Origin: a virus
Length of the DNA: 64,000 nucleotides
Strand: one strand, 5' to 3'
IMG/VR virus record: IMGVR_UViG_3300046010_015054
Coordinates: 32,001 to 96,000 of that record
Positions 9,351 to 17,990 of this stretch are shown one piece after another (position 1 is the first letter of the stretch; each line of letters opens with the position of its first letter). Below the pieces are notes generated by a model. It ran no database searches. It worked only from the letters and a program-made list of their open reading frames with translations, and was not told the origin of the DNA. The translations under genes were made by a program, and so were the position numbers.

Positions 9351-11803
9351 ACTTTTATGATATTTGTGTAAATAATCTTATTAGTATATTCTTCTACTAT
9401 TCTAGTTTCATAATAACCTGAGTTTAGAAATAAATCACTTAAGAAAAAACTCCAATATTTAAAAATTTCTTGATAATTTAAAGTATAAAGAATCTGATCA
9501 TTGTTTAATATTTCAAATCTAACAACAGGTTGGAGATTTTTATCTCCTAAAAACGAATTTTTAGTCCACCAAAAAGAATTATTTTTGTATTCAATTAAAA
9601 AATCATCTTGAGATAATATCGTTTTAAAATAATTTTCTTTTAATTGGTTTTGAAATTCAGGATTTTTAAACCCATGAAATGCAATTAAATCATTTTCATG
9701 TTGAGGTAAGACTAATTCATCAGATACTGGATGTTTGCCATATTTGTAGTTATGGAATATTTCCATATCAACGTATGGGATTTCTTCAATATCTACTAAT
9801 GGGAGGCATTTTCTGTAATTATATCTATTAATTAATAAATTAGCAGAATCTTCATCATGTAAAGCAAATATACCTGGTTTAGTATTTTTGTAAGTATTAA
9901 ATAAATTAATTTGTTCTTCAAAAAACCATTTACAAGTTTTATCAAAAACAATTACATTAGTTTTTCTTCTAGGATAAACATGAACTGGGTCACCTGTAAC
10001 ATCTGCTAAAATATTTAAAGGGCTAGACCATTCTTCTCCTTCAATTAAATTCATAACAACAATCCTATCGTGAGTATGTGAATTTATTAAAGGAAATCCT
10101 TCTAAATGCTTAAAGTATTTAACTATAGAATCAGCATTTACTGTCAAAGAAATATCTGTATCAACGTACACAAATTTACTTTCGGGAAGATATTCAACTA
10201 CATCTGTTAAAATAGAAGGCTTTAAGGATAATACATTATCATATTTACCTCTAGCATTTAATTCACCTAATTCAACATCTAATCTTCTTACTATAAATTG
10301 ATCACTTAGTTTAAAAGCTAAATCTGAGGTATAGTTTATAGTATAAAGAATACATTTTCTATTAGAAAATTGTTCTATTGAATTAATTAAAACCTGAAGT
10401 AAAGATTCATAATTTTTAGTAAAATGGGTTACCCAATAAAAATCTTCTAAATAAACTTTTTTATATTCTGAAATTATAGAATTTCCTCTAAAGGATAATT
10501 TTGTATAAGGTTTATTATAGAAATGGTGAAGCATAATTTCCTTATCTTTACAATAAGTTTTACCCCCAACCCAAGTAGCTCCATAAATTACTTTACCTGA
10601 TTCTTCTTCTAGATTTTGACTATAAGTAATTACTTTAACTTTTTTATTTTGAGTAGCCCAATCATTCAAATCCTTTTCTCCTATACCATAAATTTCTTTA
10701 GTATCAAAAATATTATAATATCTTTCAGTCTGGAATTGGTTTAGTATTTCAGGATCATTTTTAAAAATTAATAAAGGACCTCCTAATCTATTATGAAAAT
10801 TTTCTCCTCCAGTACTTATAAAATCATATTCTCCTAAATAAGGATTTACCCAATTGTACAGATCACCCATTAAAGTGTCTATATCAAAAATACCAAAATA
10901 GTCATACTTTGAATAATCAATTATGTCGCTAAACATATTTACAAAGTATGAAAACTTTAAATCAGTAATTTTTTTATTACCTCCTAAAAGTTGTAATTCT
11001 CTATTATTAGCACGACTAAATCTTTGTTTTAATTCTTCTATATTTAAAGGAATAATATTATAATTAGAAGGTAAATTAGAAATATCTACTTCTTGATCTG
11101 TAAAAAAGTAAATATCAAAAATTTCATTTTGCTTTGTAATAGTTTCTTTATGAAACTGATAATAATCTGGTAAAGGTCCTAACCAAACTTCAATTAATAA
11201 TACTTTGGGTTGAGAGTTATATTTTAAAATAACATCTCTTTTAGCATTAAATTCTATAAATGAATATCCTACACTTTTAGCTTTATTAATAGTATCTATT
11301 CTAGTTTGGTCTGGGGTTAATTCATTAGCTTCAAAAATAATAGTTTCAGGGTATACATTATGTCCTCCTTCTAGGATATTATTAACAATAATAGTATCGT
11401 GCCCTTCAGCATCTATTTTTAAAGTTTTAACACTTTCTATATTATACCTTTCTACTAAATCTTTCCAAGTAAGAACTTCTACTTCATCTATTTTTAAAAG
11501 ATGTTCTAAACTTCGTTCTTTTAACTCTCTAAGAGTAACAGGATGAGGTTCACCAATAGAATTACAACCTTTTAAATACCAAGAAAGATTATTAGATTCT
11601 ATGTCTTCAGGTTCAACATAATAAACCTGAGTAATTCCTGAATAGTTACTAATGGCATGGTTTAATTTAGTAACTTTTTCTTTATTTGGTAGGCGATTAA
11701 GGTATAAATTAACAGCATCTATAGATAATCCTATTTCATCAGTTGAGGATTGGATAAGAGTTTCAAAATCAGAAGTACCTATTTCTATAAAATCGTAATT
11801 CAT
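9347..11803 (-). CDS. three-domain fusion: FkbM-type methyltransferase plus two putative glycosyltransferase domains
   Basis: N-term FIEIGTSD...LKIDAEGHD (FkbM); middle VWLGPLPDY...DLK...YDYFGIFDID (DUF6625-like GT); C-term KPSIL...FVYVDTD (GT-A DxD). Confidence 0.7.
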   Translation of the reverse strand: MNYDFIEIGTSDFETLIQSSTDEIGLSIDAVNLYLNRLPNKEKVTKLNHAISNYSGITQVYYVEPEDIESNNLSWYLKGCNSIGEPHPVTLRELKERSLEHLLKIDEVEVLTWKDLVERYNIESVKTLKIDAEGHDTIIVNNILEGGHNVYPETIIFEANELTPDQTRIDTINKAKSVGYSFIEFNAKRDVILKYNSQPKVLLIEVWLGPLPDYYQFHKETITKQNEIFDIYFFTDQEVDISNLPSNYNIIPLNIEELKQRFSRANNRELQLLGGNKKITDLKFSYFVNMFSDIIDYSKYDYFGIFDIDTLMGDLYNWVNPYLGEYDFISTGGENFHNRLGGPLLIFKNDPEILNQFQTERYYNIFDTKEIYGIGEKDLNDWATQNKKVKVITYSQNLEEESGKVIYGATWVGGKTYCKDKEIMLHHFYNKPYTKLSFRGNSIISEYKKVYLEDFYWVTHFTKNYESLLQVLINSIEQFSNRKCILYTINYTSDLAFKLSDQFIVRRLDVELGELNARGKYDNVLSLKPSILTDVVEYLPESKFVYVDTDISLTVNADSIVKYFKHLEGFPLINSHTHDRIVVMNLIEGEEWSSPLNILADVTGDPVHVYPRRKTNVIVFDKTCKWFFEEQINLFNTYKNTKPGIFALHDEDSANLLINRYNYRKCLPLVDIEEIPYVDMEIFHNYKYGKHPVSDELVLPQHENDLIAFHGFKNPEFQNQLKENYFKTILSQDDFLIEYKNNSFWWTKNSFLGDKNLQPVVRFEILNNDQILYTLNYQEIFKYWSFFLSDLFLNSGYYETRIVEEYTNKIIYTNIIKV

Positions 11804-12381
11804 TATTTTATTTTTTTAGCGGGAATCCCCACATAAACCCCAGATTCTTCTATAGGTTTTACTACGCATGAATTCATACCAATGGTAGATGAGCTATGGA
11901 TTGAAAGTTTTTCTTTAATAGACGAGTTAGTACCCATATAAACCATATCAAATATGGTAACATTACCTGATACTATGGCTCCAGGCATAGCACTAAAATA
12001 AGAACCTATTTTACAATCATGACCAATTTGATTACCTCGATTCAAAATAGAATGTCTACCTAATTCAATATTTGTAGTTAATATGCTATTTACTCCTATA
12101 AAACTACCTACTCCTACTTTGATATTACTATCTAATATTTGAACTGTTGGATGAACAAAAGTAAAATATTGAGTTTCTTTAGGTAAACGTTGAACTATAT
12201 CAAAACGATCTTTTGGGTCAGCTACGGCAACCATCATAGCATATTCTTGAGGATTAAACTCAGAAATAGGCTTAGCTACATCATTAGCATACTGATCATC
12301 TACAAAAAATGTAACTTCATCTTCAATCTGACATGCTACTTCTCTTGCATGTCCTCCATAACCGAATAGTGCTAATTTCAT
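11803..12381 (-). CDS. NeuD/PglD-family sugar acetyltransferase (left-handed beta helix)
   Basis: FGYGGHAREV, HPT, hexapeptide repeats, IGHD, GIPAK. Confidence 0.9.
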   Translation of the reverse strand: MKLALFGYGGHAREVACQIEDEVTFFVDDQYANDVAKPISEFNPQEYAMMVAVADPKDRFDIVQRLPKETQYFTFVHPTVQILDSNIKVGVGSFIGVNSILTTNIELGRHSILNRGNQIGHDCKIGSYFSAMPGAIVSGNVTIFDMVYMGTNSSIKEKLSIHSSSTIGMNSCVVKPIEESGVYVGIPAKKIK

Positions 12382-13037
12382 TGTTGATAAATTGGGAATT
12401 TAGATAGATCTGGGTATGGTAGAGTTAAATCTTCGTTTTGTTTTTTACTACCATCTAAATTATAAAATTGATTCATAAGTAATAAACCACGAGCTGCTAA
12501 TTCAGGCATCATATAAAAATTCCACCCTAGCATATCAAGATTATCGTCATGATATGAACACTCACGTCTTCCTGAATATCTGGCTCTTTTGAACCAATGA
12601 TAAGCTGCTAAATTATCAGTTAAGATAGCTCCTCCTTTACTTAATTTAAAATGTTTATATGGGCCCGTAAAAGAAATACACATATGGGTTCCTTTTAAGT
12701 ACATATCTGCTGTAAATCTTAAAGCAGAATCATACACATTACTATTACCTAATTCATAGGCTCCAGTTAAAGTACCCTTTTTTGTATCTAAACATCCGTA
12801 ATTTTTAGTAAACTTAACTTTTAAACCAGCATGAATAATTTCACAAGGTACAGATGGGTAAGTTCGATTTGGGATAATAATATGATCACTAATAATACTT
12901 TTCTTTACATTTTTTTCATAATATAAAGCTAAAAATAAAGCATTAGACATGTTATCTAATGTAACGACATAAGGGGCCCCAGTATAATCACCTAGGGCTT
13001 TTTCAAACTCGTTTGTTATATCATAAACGTTTTTCAT
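12378..13037 (-). CDS. short DegT/DnrJ/EryC1/StrS-family PLP-dependent enzyme
   Basis: EFEKAL, NALFLAL, YDSA, SF-x4-KH, GGAILTD, GWNFYM; lacks the C-terminal small domain. Confidence 0.75.
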   Translation of the reverse strand: MKNVYDITNEFEKALGDYTGAPYVVTLDNMSNALFLALYYEKNVKKSIISDHIIIPNRTYPSVPCEIIHAGLKVKFTKNYGCLDTKKGTLTGAYELGNSNVYDSALRFTADMYLKGTHMCISFTGPYKHFKLSKGGAILTDNLAAYHWFKRARYSGRRECSYHDDNLDMLGWNFYMMPELAARGLLLMNQFYNLDGSKKQNEDLTLPYPDLSKFPIYQQ

Positions 13038-13446
13038 ATTCCATCTTAATATAATTTCTATCTCTTACAAATCCACGCTCACCTGTTTCTTTAAAACCTA
13101 ATTTTAAATATAAATCTTTAGCAAAATTATCACTAAAAACCCATAAACTAGCATAAGTTTTATCTTTTAGATACTCTTGATAAGCAGCTTTAGCATATCC
13201 TTGTTTTCTATGTAAAGGATGGATATCACATCCAACTTCATCTCCATTAGTTCTTAAATAACCTACAGCTTCTAAGTGTTTATTAATTATAATATACCAA
13301 GGAGATGTTAAATTACTAAACCAGCTTTCACATTGTTCAAGATTAAAAATAGAATTATTCTCTAAATTTCTTCTAGTTGAATAATCATTTCTAACTTCTA
13401 AAAGAAATGGTAAATCTTCTTTAGTTAAAAGTCTTAATGTTACCAT
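13021..13446 (-). CDS. GNAT N-acetyltransferase (PseH-like)
   Basis: LRLLTKEDL, HRKQGYAK (motif A), N-x2-A-x2-LYLKLGF. Confidence 0.8.
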   Translation of the reverse strand: MVTLRLLTKEDLPFLLEVRNDYSTRRNLENNSIFNLEQCESWFSNLTSPWYIIINKHLEAVGYLRTNGDEVGCDIHPLHRKQGYAKAAYQEYLKDKTYASLWVFSDNFAKDLYLKLGFKETGERGFVRDRNYIKMEYEKRL

Positions 13447-14633
13447 CCTTTTTTAATACAATCAGCAATGTATTCTCTTTCTTCAGGAGTAACCCACCAA
13501 CCAACTGGGATTGAAACTATTTTTCCAATTGTTTTATCCAATGTAGGGAGTGAAGTTCTAAATTCTTTAACGGCTGTATGCTTATCATTTCTTTCATGTA
13601 CTTGAGATACAGCAATTTTACATTCATCCATCCAACGATAGAAACCATCTCTATTGTCAACTAACATTGAGTAAATCCAAAAAGAACTTTCATGACCAAA
13701 ATGACGATCTAAAAGAGTTACACCCTTAACATCATTAAGATTTGAATCATAAAAAAAAGCATTTTCTTTATGTTTATTTACTATTGAGTTGATGTGTTTT
13801 AGATTTTCTATACCAATAGTCGCATTAACATCATTCATGTGGAATTTATAACCCCACTCTTCAATATTGGCTTCACAACGGAAATCTTTACGATCACCAT
13901 CTCTGTCAATTCCATACCAACGAATTAATTTACCTCTATCATGTAGTTCTTTATGAGGTGAAAGAAGTAAACCACCGTCTACTGAAGTAAGGTGTTTAAT
14001 TGCTTGAAGAGAGAACATAGTTAGATTACCATGACTTCCAATTGGTTTGTTTTTATAGTAAGAACCAAATGAATGAGCTCCATCTTCAATTACAGCAGGT
14101 TTAAAACCATACATGTGATAGGCTTTATTCTGTATTTGTTTAATTTTATCTAAATCGTTAGGGTACCCACCCCAATGGACTAACATTATAGCTTTGGTTG
14201 TGGGGCTAATTTTACGAGCTAAGTCATCCAAATCCATATTAAGTGTAGTAGGGTCAATATCTACCCACTTAATTTTTAAACCATGAGCTAAAATAGGCCA
14301 ATTTGAAGCAGTACACGTCATAGCTGTAGCTAACACTTCATCTCCAGGTTGTAAGCCTGGCCAATTGGTTTCGTATCCTATAACTCCTTCAAAAACTTTA
14401 TTATAAGTAGCAGGTTTTTTTAATAAATGAAGTGCTAAATGTAAAGCAGAAGTTCCAGAATTTACGGTTTGAACATAATCATGATTAAAATAGGTTTTAA
14501 GTTGATTTTCAAACTTTTCAACTTGGGGACCTTGACCAATGTAGCCACTGTTAAGAACTTTTGTTACCTCTTCAGCAGCGGTATCCGCCATGAATACTTT
14601 AAATAATGGAATTTTATTTTTTGGACTAAACAT
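13440..14633 (-). CDS. DegT/DnrJ-family NDP-sugar aminotransferase
   Basis: NSGTSALHLAL, VHWGG, IEDGAH, FSLQAIKHLTSVDGG, GYKFHM. Confidence 0.9.
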   Translation of the reverse strand: MFSPKNKIPLFKVFMADTAAEEVTKVLNSGYIGQGPQVEKFENQLKTYFNHDYVQTVNSGTSALHLALHLLKKPATYNKVFEGVIGYETNWPGLQPGDEVLATAMTCTASNWPILAHGLKIKWVDIDPTTLNMDLDDLARKISPTTKAIMLVHWGGYPNDLDKIKQIQNKAYHMYGFKPAVIEDGAHSFGSYYKNKPIGSHGNLTMFSLQAIKHLTSVDGGLLLSPHKELHDRGKLIRWYGIDRDGDRKDFRCEANIEEWGYKFHMNDVNATIGIENLKHINSIVNKHKENAFFYDSNLNDVKGVTLLDRHFGHESSFWIYSMLVDNRDGFYRWMDECKIAVSQVHERNDKHTAVKEFRTSLPTLDKTIGKIVSIPVGWWVTPEEREYIADCIKKGW

Positions 14634-14634
14634 A

Positions 14635-15075
14635 TTATTTATATTTTTCTATATAATCACTACAAACACCAAGTGTTTTTTCGTTAGGTTCTTTATTAAA
14701 TACTTCGGGCATAACTAAAATACCTCTTTCAAATAAATTTGTTGACCAAATATAACCCTTAGATGTTAAAACACCAAGGTCATTTTCATGCCAAAAATAA
14801 TTTACTTTATCACCATTTTGATCTAATTGATTTAATGTAGATAAAGCAGCCATATTTTTACAATGAATCCAAAGATTAGGATAGTTTTTATCTAAAAGAT
14901 CAAAAGGAAATTCATATTGTGGTTCATCATGCCCAAGCATAAATTTTCCGTTTTCAAGCCAAACATCAATTTCAACATCATATCCTGCTTTTAAAGCTTC
15001 AAAAATATATTCTGGGTGGTTTTCGCGTTCAGGGTTGGGGCCTGAAATGTTTCCGCGGTGTGATATTAATTTCAT
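14635..15075 (-). CDS. minimal glycerophosphodiester phosphodiesterase/PLC-like protein
   Basis: ISHRGN, EN, DVEIDV, LGHD, WIHCKN, GVCSD motifs of a truncated GDPD TIM barrel. Confidence 0.75.
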   Translation of the reverse strand: MKLISHRGNISGPNPERENHPEYIFEALKAGYDVEIDVWLENGKFMLGHDEPQYEFPFDLLDKNYPNLWIHCKNMAALSTLNQLDQNGDKVNYFWHENDLGVLTSKGYIWSTNLFERGILVMPEVFNKEPNEKTLGVCSDYIEKYK

Positions 15076-15767
15076 TTTTTAATTATTATTGACATATTAT
15101 TTCCTAAAGGTTCTTTAATTTTTATAATAGGTAAAACACCAAATAATTTTTTTAGAAACTTAATTACTTTAGGTGTCATAAACTCAGGAAATATATCGTG
15201 AAGTACAATTATATATTCTTTATCTAATAAAGGATAAATTGCTTCTATATCTTTTATTAATTGATCAGGAAAATGTCCTCCATCAATAAAAATAAAGTCT
15301 AAAGGCTCTGTAATGTGCTTTTTAATACATTTTTCAGTATCATTAGGACTCCAACCTATTTCTAAAAAAACATTATCTTTTAAATCAAAATGTTCTATTA
15401 AGTAATTAGCAGATTTATAACCATCTGCATCATAAAACAATGAAGGATTTTGATTTTCATAAGTCCAAAAAGAATTTACTTCTTCTTCAATATAGGCATC
15501 CATTGAAACAAGTTTACCTCCTGTTTGTTTAAATCCTAATCCTAAAGCGGTTGTACTAATGCCAAACGCTGTAGCTATTTCAAAACCATTTTTACAATTA
15601 TATTCTACTATAGTATTTTTTAAAAATTCAAATTCAGTAGGTCTAATTGAATAAGGAAAATCATGACCAACCATTTTTAAATTTTTACCTAAACCATATT
15701 CTCCAGGAGCTATTTCATACTGAACAGGTCCATCTTTTAGATTAAGTAGATTTTCAAAATAGTCCAT
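15072..15767 (-). CDS. class I SAM-dependent methyltransferase (Methyltransf_24-like)
   Basis: FEIATAFGIST, DFIFIDGGH, IVLHD. Confidence 0.8.
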   Translation of the reverse strand: MDYFENLLNLKDGPVQYEIAPGEYGLGKNLKMVGHDFPYSIRPTEFEFLKNTIVEYNCKNGFEIATAFGISTTALGLGFKQTGGKLVSMDAYIEEEVNSFWTYENQNPSLFYDADGYKSANYLIEHFDLKDNVFLEIGWSPNDTEKCIKKHITEPLDFIFIDGGHFPDQLIKDIEAIYPLLDKEYIIVLHDIFPEFMTPKVIKFLKKLFGVLPIIKIKEPLGNNMSIIIKK

Positions 15768-15769
15768 AA

Positions 15770-16420
15770 TTATTTTATTTTAGCAAATCCAATCCCCCAA
15801 TCATCTTGTTGCTCACAATATTGAGTAACTTCAAAAATATCTGGGTTTAGGTTTTTAATAATTCTACTAGGGCCTGGGTGATAATTTGTGTCATGGAAAC
15901 CTATTACCCCACCAGGTGCCATGAAATCAACATACCAAAGTTCATCAATAACTTGATTAATAGAATGCCAACCATCTACAAATAAAAAGTCAATTTGAGA
16001 TATTTTTAGAGCATCTAATTTAGCTTGAATTTTTTCATAATCTTCACTTTTAGATTGTAAAGTAAAAATATTTCGACCCATTCCCTGTAAGAATGTTTTA
16101 TCATCAATATCAATTCCTAAATAAATAGCTTTAGGATTTTTATGTTTTAAAAGTATAGAGGTTGAAGTTTGGTCGTAGGATTGGTTATAAGTAATTCTTG
16201 AAACACCAATTTCGACAATAACCTTAGTTTGGTCTTTTACTTTAGTAAATTCTTCGGTCAATGCTGCTTGGTTGCACATTGAAAATTCTTTGTTCCCTAC
16301 TAATTCAAAAGGGTTAGGGAATTGAGGTATAAAATCTTTATCGTTATCTTCTAAATTTTCTAGTCTAATATCATTTACAAGATATTTTTGTATATTATGT
16401 TTTCTAAAGTTGTTTTCCAT
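15770..16420 (-). CDS. class I SAM-dependent methyltransferase (Methyltransf_24-like)
   Basis: IVEIGV, GIDI, DFLFVDGWHS, PGGVIGFHDT. Confidence 0.8.
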   Translation of the reverse strand: MENNFRKHNIQKYLVNDIRLENLEDNDKDFIPQFPNPFELVGNKEFSMCNQAALTEEFTKVKDQTKVIVEIGVSRITYNQSYDQTSTSILLKHKNPKAIYLGIDIDDKTFLQGMGRNIFTLQSKSEDYEKIQAKLDALKISQIDFLFVDGWHSINQVIDELWYVDFMAPGGVIGFHDTNYHPGPSRIIKNLNPDIFEVTQYCEQQDDWGIGFAKIK

Positions 16421-16430
16421 TTTATTATTA

Positions 16431-17666
16431 TTAAAAAATTCTATATGCTAAATCTTCAGAAAACTCTTCTTTACCCCATTTTTCAATAGCAGCTTTATAT
16501 TCAGGTTTATCTGTTTCGTGATTAATTGCTTGTTTCATAGCTAAACCACCTGCTAAAGTTCCCATAGGATGACCATGTAATGCTCCTCCTACATTAGCTA
16601 ACCAATCATTACTTTCTAACGACTGATTAATAAATTGAACTAGTCCTGGGTGCATACCGCAACTTAAAGCAGGGACAATATTGTAATGCCAAAGTACTTT
16701 TAAGGCATCTCTTAATTCTTCTTCGTCTTGATTCATGTAACCACCAATCATACCAGCGTGGATTGAATCAGCACCTGACCATCCTGCTATCTTACATATT
16801 ACAGGCCAGTAAATATGGAATGGTGCTCTTCTATCTGTAAAGAATTTATCACCACTCTTTTGGAAGTGAATCCATAAACAAGGATTTTGTTTTCTAATTG
16901 CTCTGTATATTCCTAATCCACTCCAAACGTTAATGTGAATGCCATTTCCACCATTATCTGCTACAAATTTAGCTCTTTCTAAGGCATATGGGCTATCCCC
17001 ATTTATACAAAAACAATAAATAACGTCAGGAGCATTTTCTTTAAGCCATGATGCAATCAAAGGTACTCTTACTTCAAGAGGACAATGTTCTGGGTTAGCT
17101 AATAATTCATCTTCTTTAATAAAATTAACTCCCCCATAAACCATTTCTTTTACTGCTTCTAGTAGTACTTCAGGACTCATCCCTACTTTAGGTTTAATAA
17201 TACCTCCTAAAAATGGTTTGTCATAAACCTTATTAAATTTTCTCCAACCATCAATTCCGTAGGCAGGTTTTAAAGCAAATTGTTCCTCTACTTTTTCTGG
17301 GAGTTGGATATCAAGTACTTGGCATTTTTGAATTTCTAAGATATCAACTTGACCACCTGCTATATGGCATAAAATTTGAGAAATACCATCTTCTTCAAGA
17401 TTAATATTAGCTAAAGGAAATGCTATTTTTACATTTCCTGCTTTAGTAGATTTAAGATATTCTTGATTAGCTAAAATAAAACAACTATGGTTTTCAAACA
17501 TTTCTTCTGTTTCCCATATACTTCTATTATTAGGATTACCTATACTTTGACCTATAGCTAAATTCCAAGCTGCTTCTCGAAGTGAAGTTTTTGCTTCTAA
17601 ATAATAAGTAACTATAAAGTATTTTTCTTTATTTATTTCTTCTTCTGTTCTAAAAATTTTAATCAT
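16431..17666 (-). CDS. RuBisCO-like protein (form IV RLP), non-carboxylating
   Basis: GGIIKPKVG, FIKEDE carbamate/Mg motif, DSIHAG, PALSCG, GGALHGHP; loop-6 Lys replaced by Tyr. Confidence 0.9.
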   Translation of the reverse strand: MIKIFRTEEEINKEKYFIVTYYLEAKTSLREAAWNLAIGQSIGNPNNRSIWETEEMFENHSCFILANQEYLKSTKAGNVKIAFPLANINLEEDGISQILCHIAGGQVDILEIQKCQVLDIQLPEKVEEQFALKPAYGIDGWRKFNKVYDKPFLGGIIKPKVGMSPEVLLEAVKEMVYGGVNFIKEDELLANPEHCPLEVRVPLIASWLKENAPDVIYCFCINGDSPYALERAKFVADNGGNGIHINVWSGLGIYRAIRKQNPCLWIHFQKSGDKFFTDRRAPFHIYWPVICKIAGWSGADSIHAGMIGGYMNQDEEELRDALKVLWHYNIVPALSCGMHPGLVQFINQSLESNDWLANVGGALHGHPMGTLAGGLAMKQAINHETDKPEYKAAIEKWGKEEFSEDLAYRIF

Positions 17667-17669
17667 AAC

Positions 17670-17990
17670 TTATACTATATACTTATCTCCTTTTACACTA
17701 GGGGTTTTTACAACTATTAGTTCACAATTAGTTAAAAATTCAGGAACTGCTACTTCACCCGGGTGTAGAATAAATATATCACCCTTTTTTAAGTAAGTCC
17801 CGCTTAACTTCATCTTCCCACGAATAATATAATTTATTTCAGTAGCTACTTTGTGGTAGTGGTTATCCCAAATTTCTCCTTTTGGGTGAAACTTATAACT
17901 AACTTCAAATTCTTTTGTAGAATAAGCAGTTGGTTCGAAGTCACCTACAAACCAACCACCTACCATATTTTTACCTTTTAAAACGTCCAT
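17670..17990 (-). CDS. cupin-domain protein
   Basis: GGWFVGDF, HYHKVATE metal motif, GDIFILHPGE, DKY C-terminus. Confidence 0.8.
   Translation of the reverse strand: MDVLKGKNMVGGWFVGDFEPTAYSTKEFEVSYKFHPKGEIWDNHYHKVATEINYIIRGKMKLSGTYLKKGDIFILHPGEVAVPEFLTNCELIVVKTPSVKGDKYIV

Noticed and set aside
16431-17666. Genuine CO2-fixing RuBisCO as an auxiliary metabolic gene
   Set aside because: Equivalents of E60, H294 and K334 appear substituted, and no small subunit, phosphoribulokinase or AMP-pathway genes are in the window
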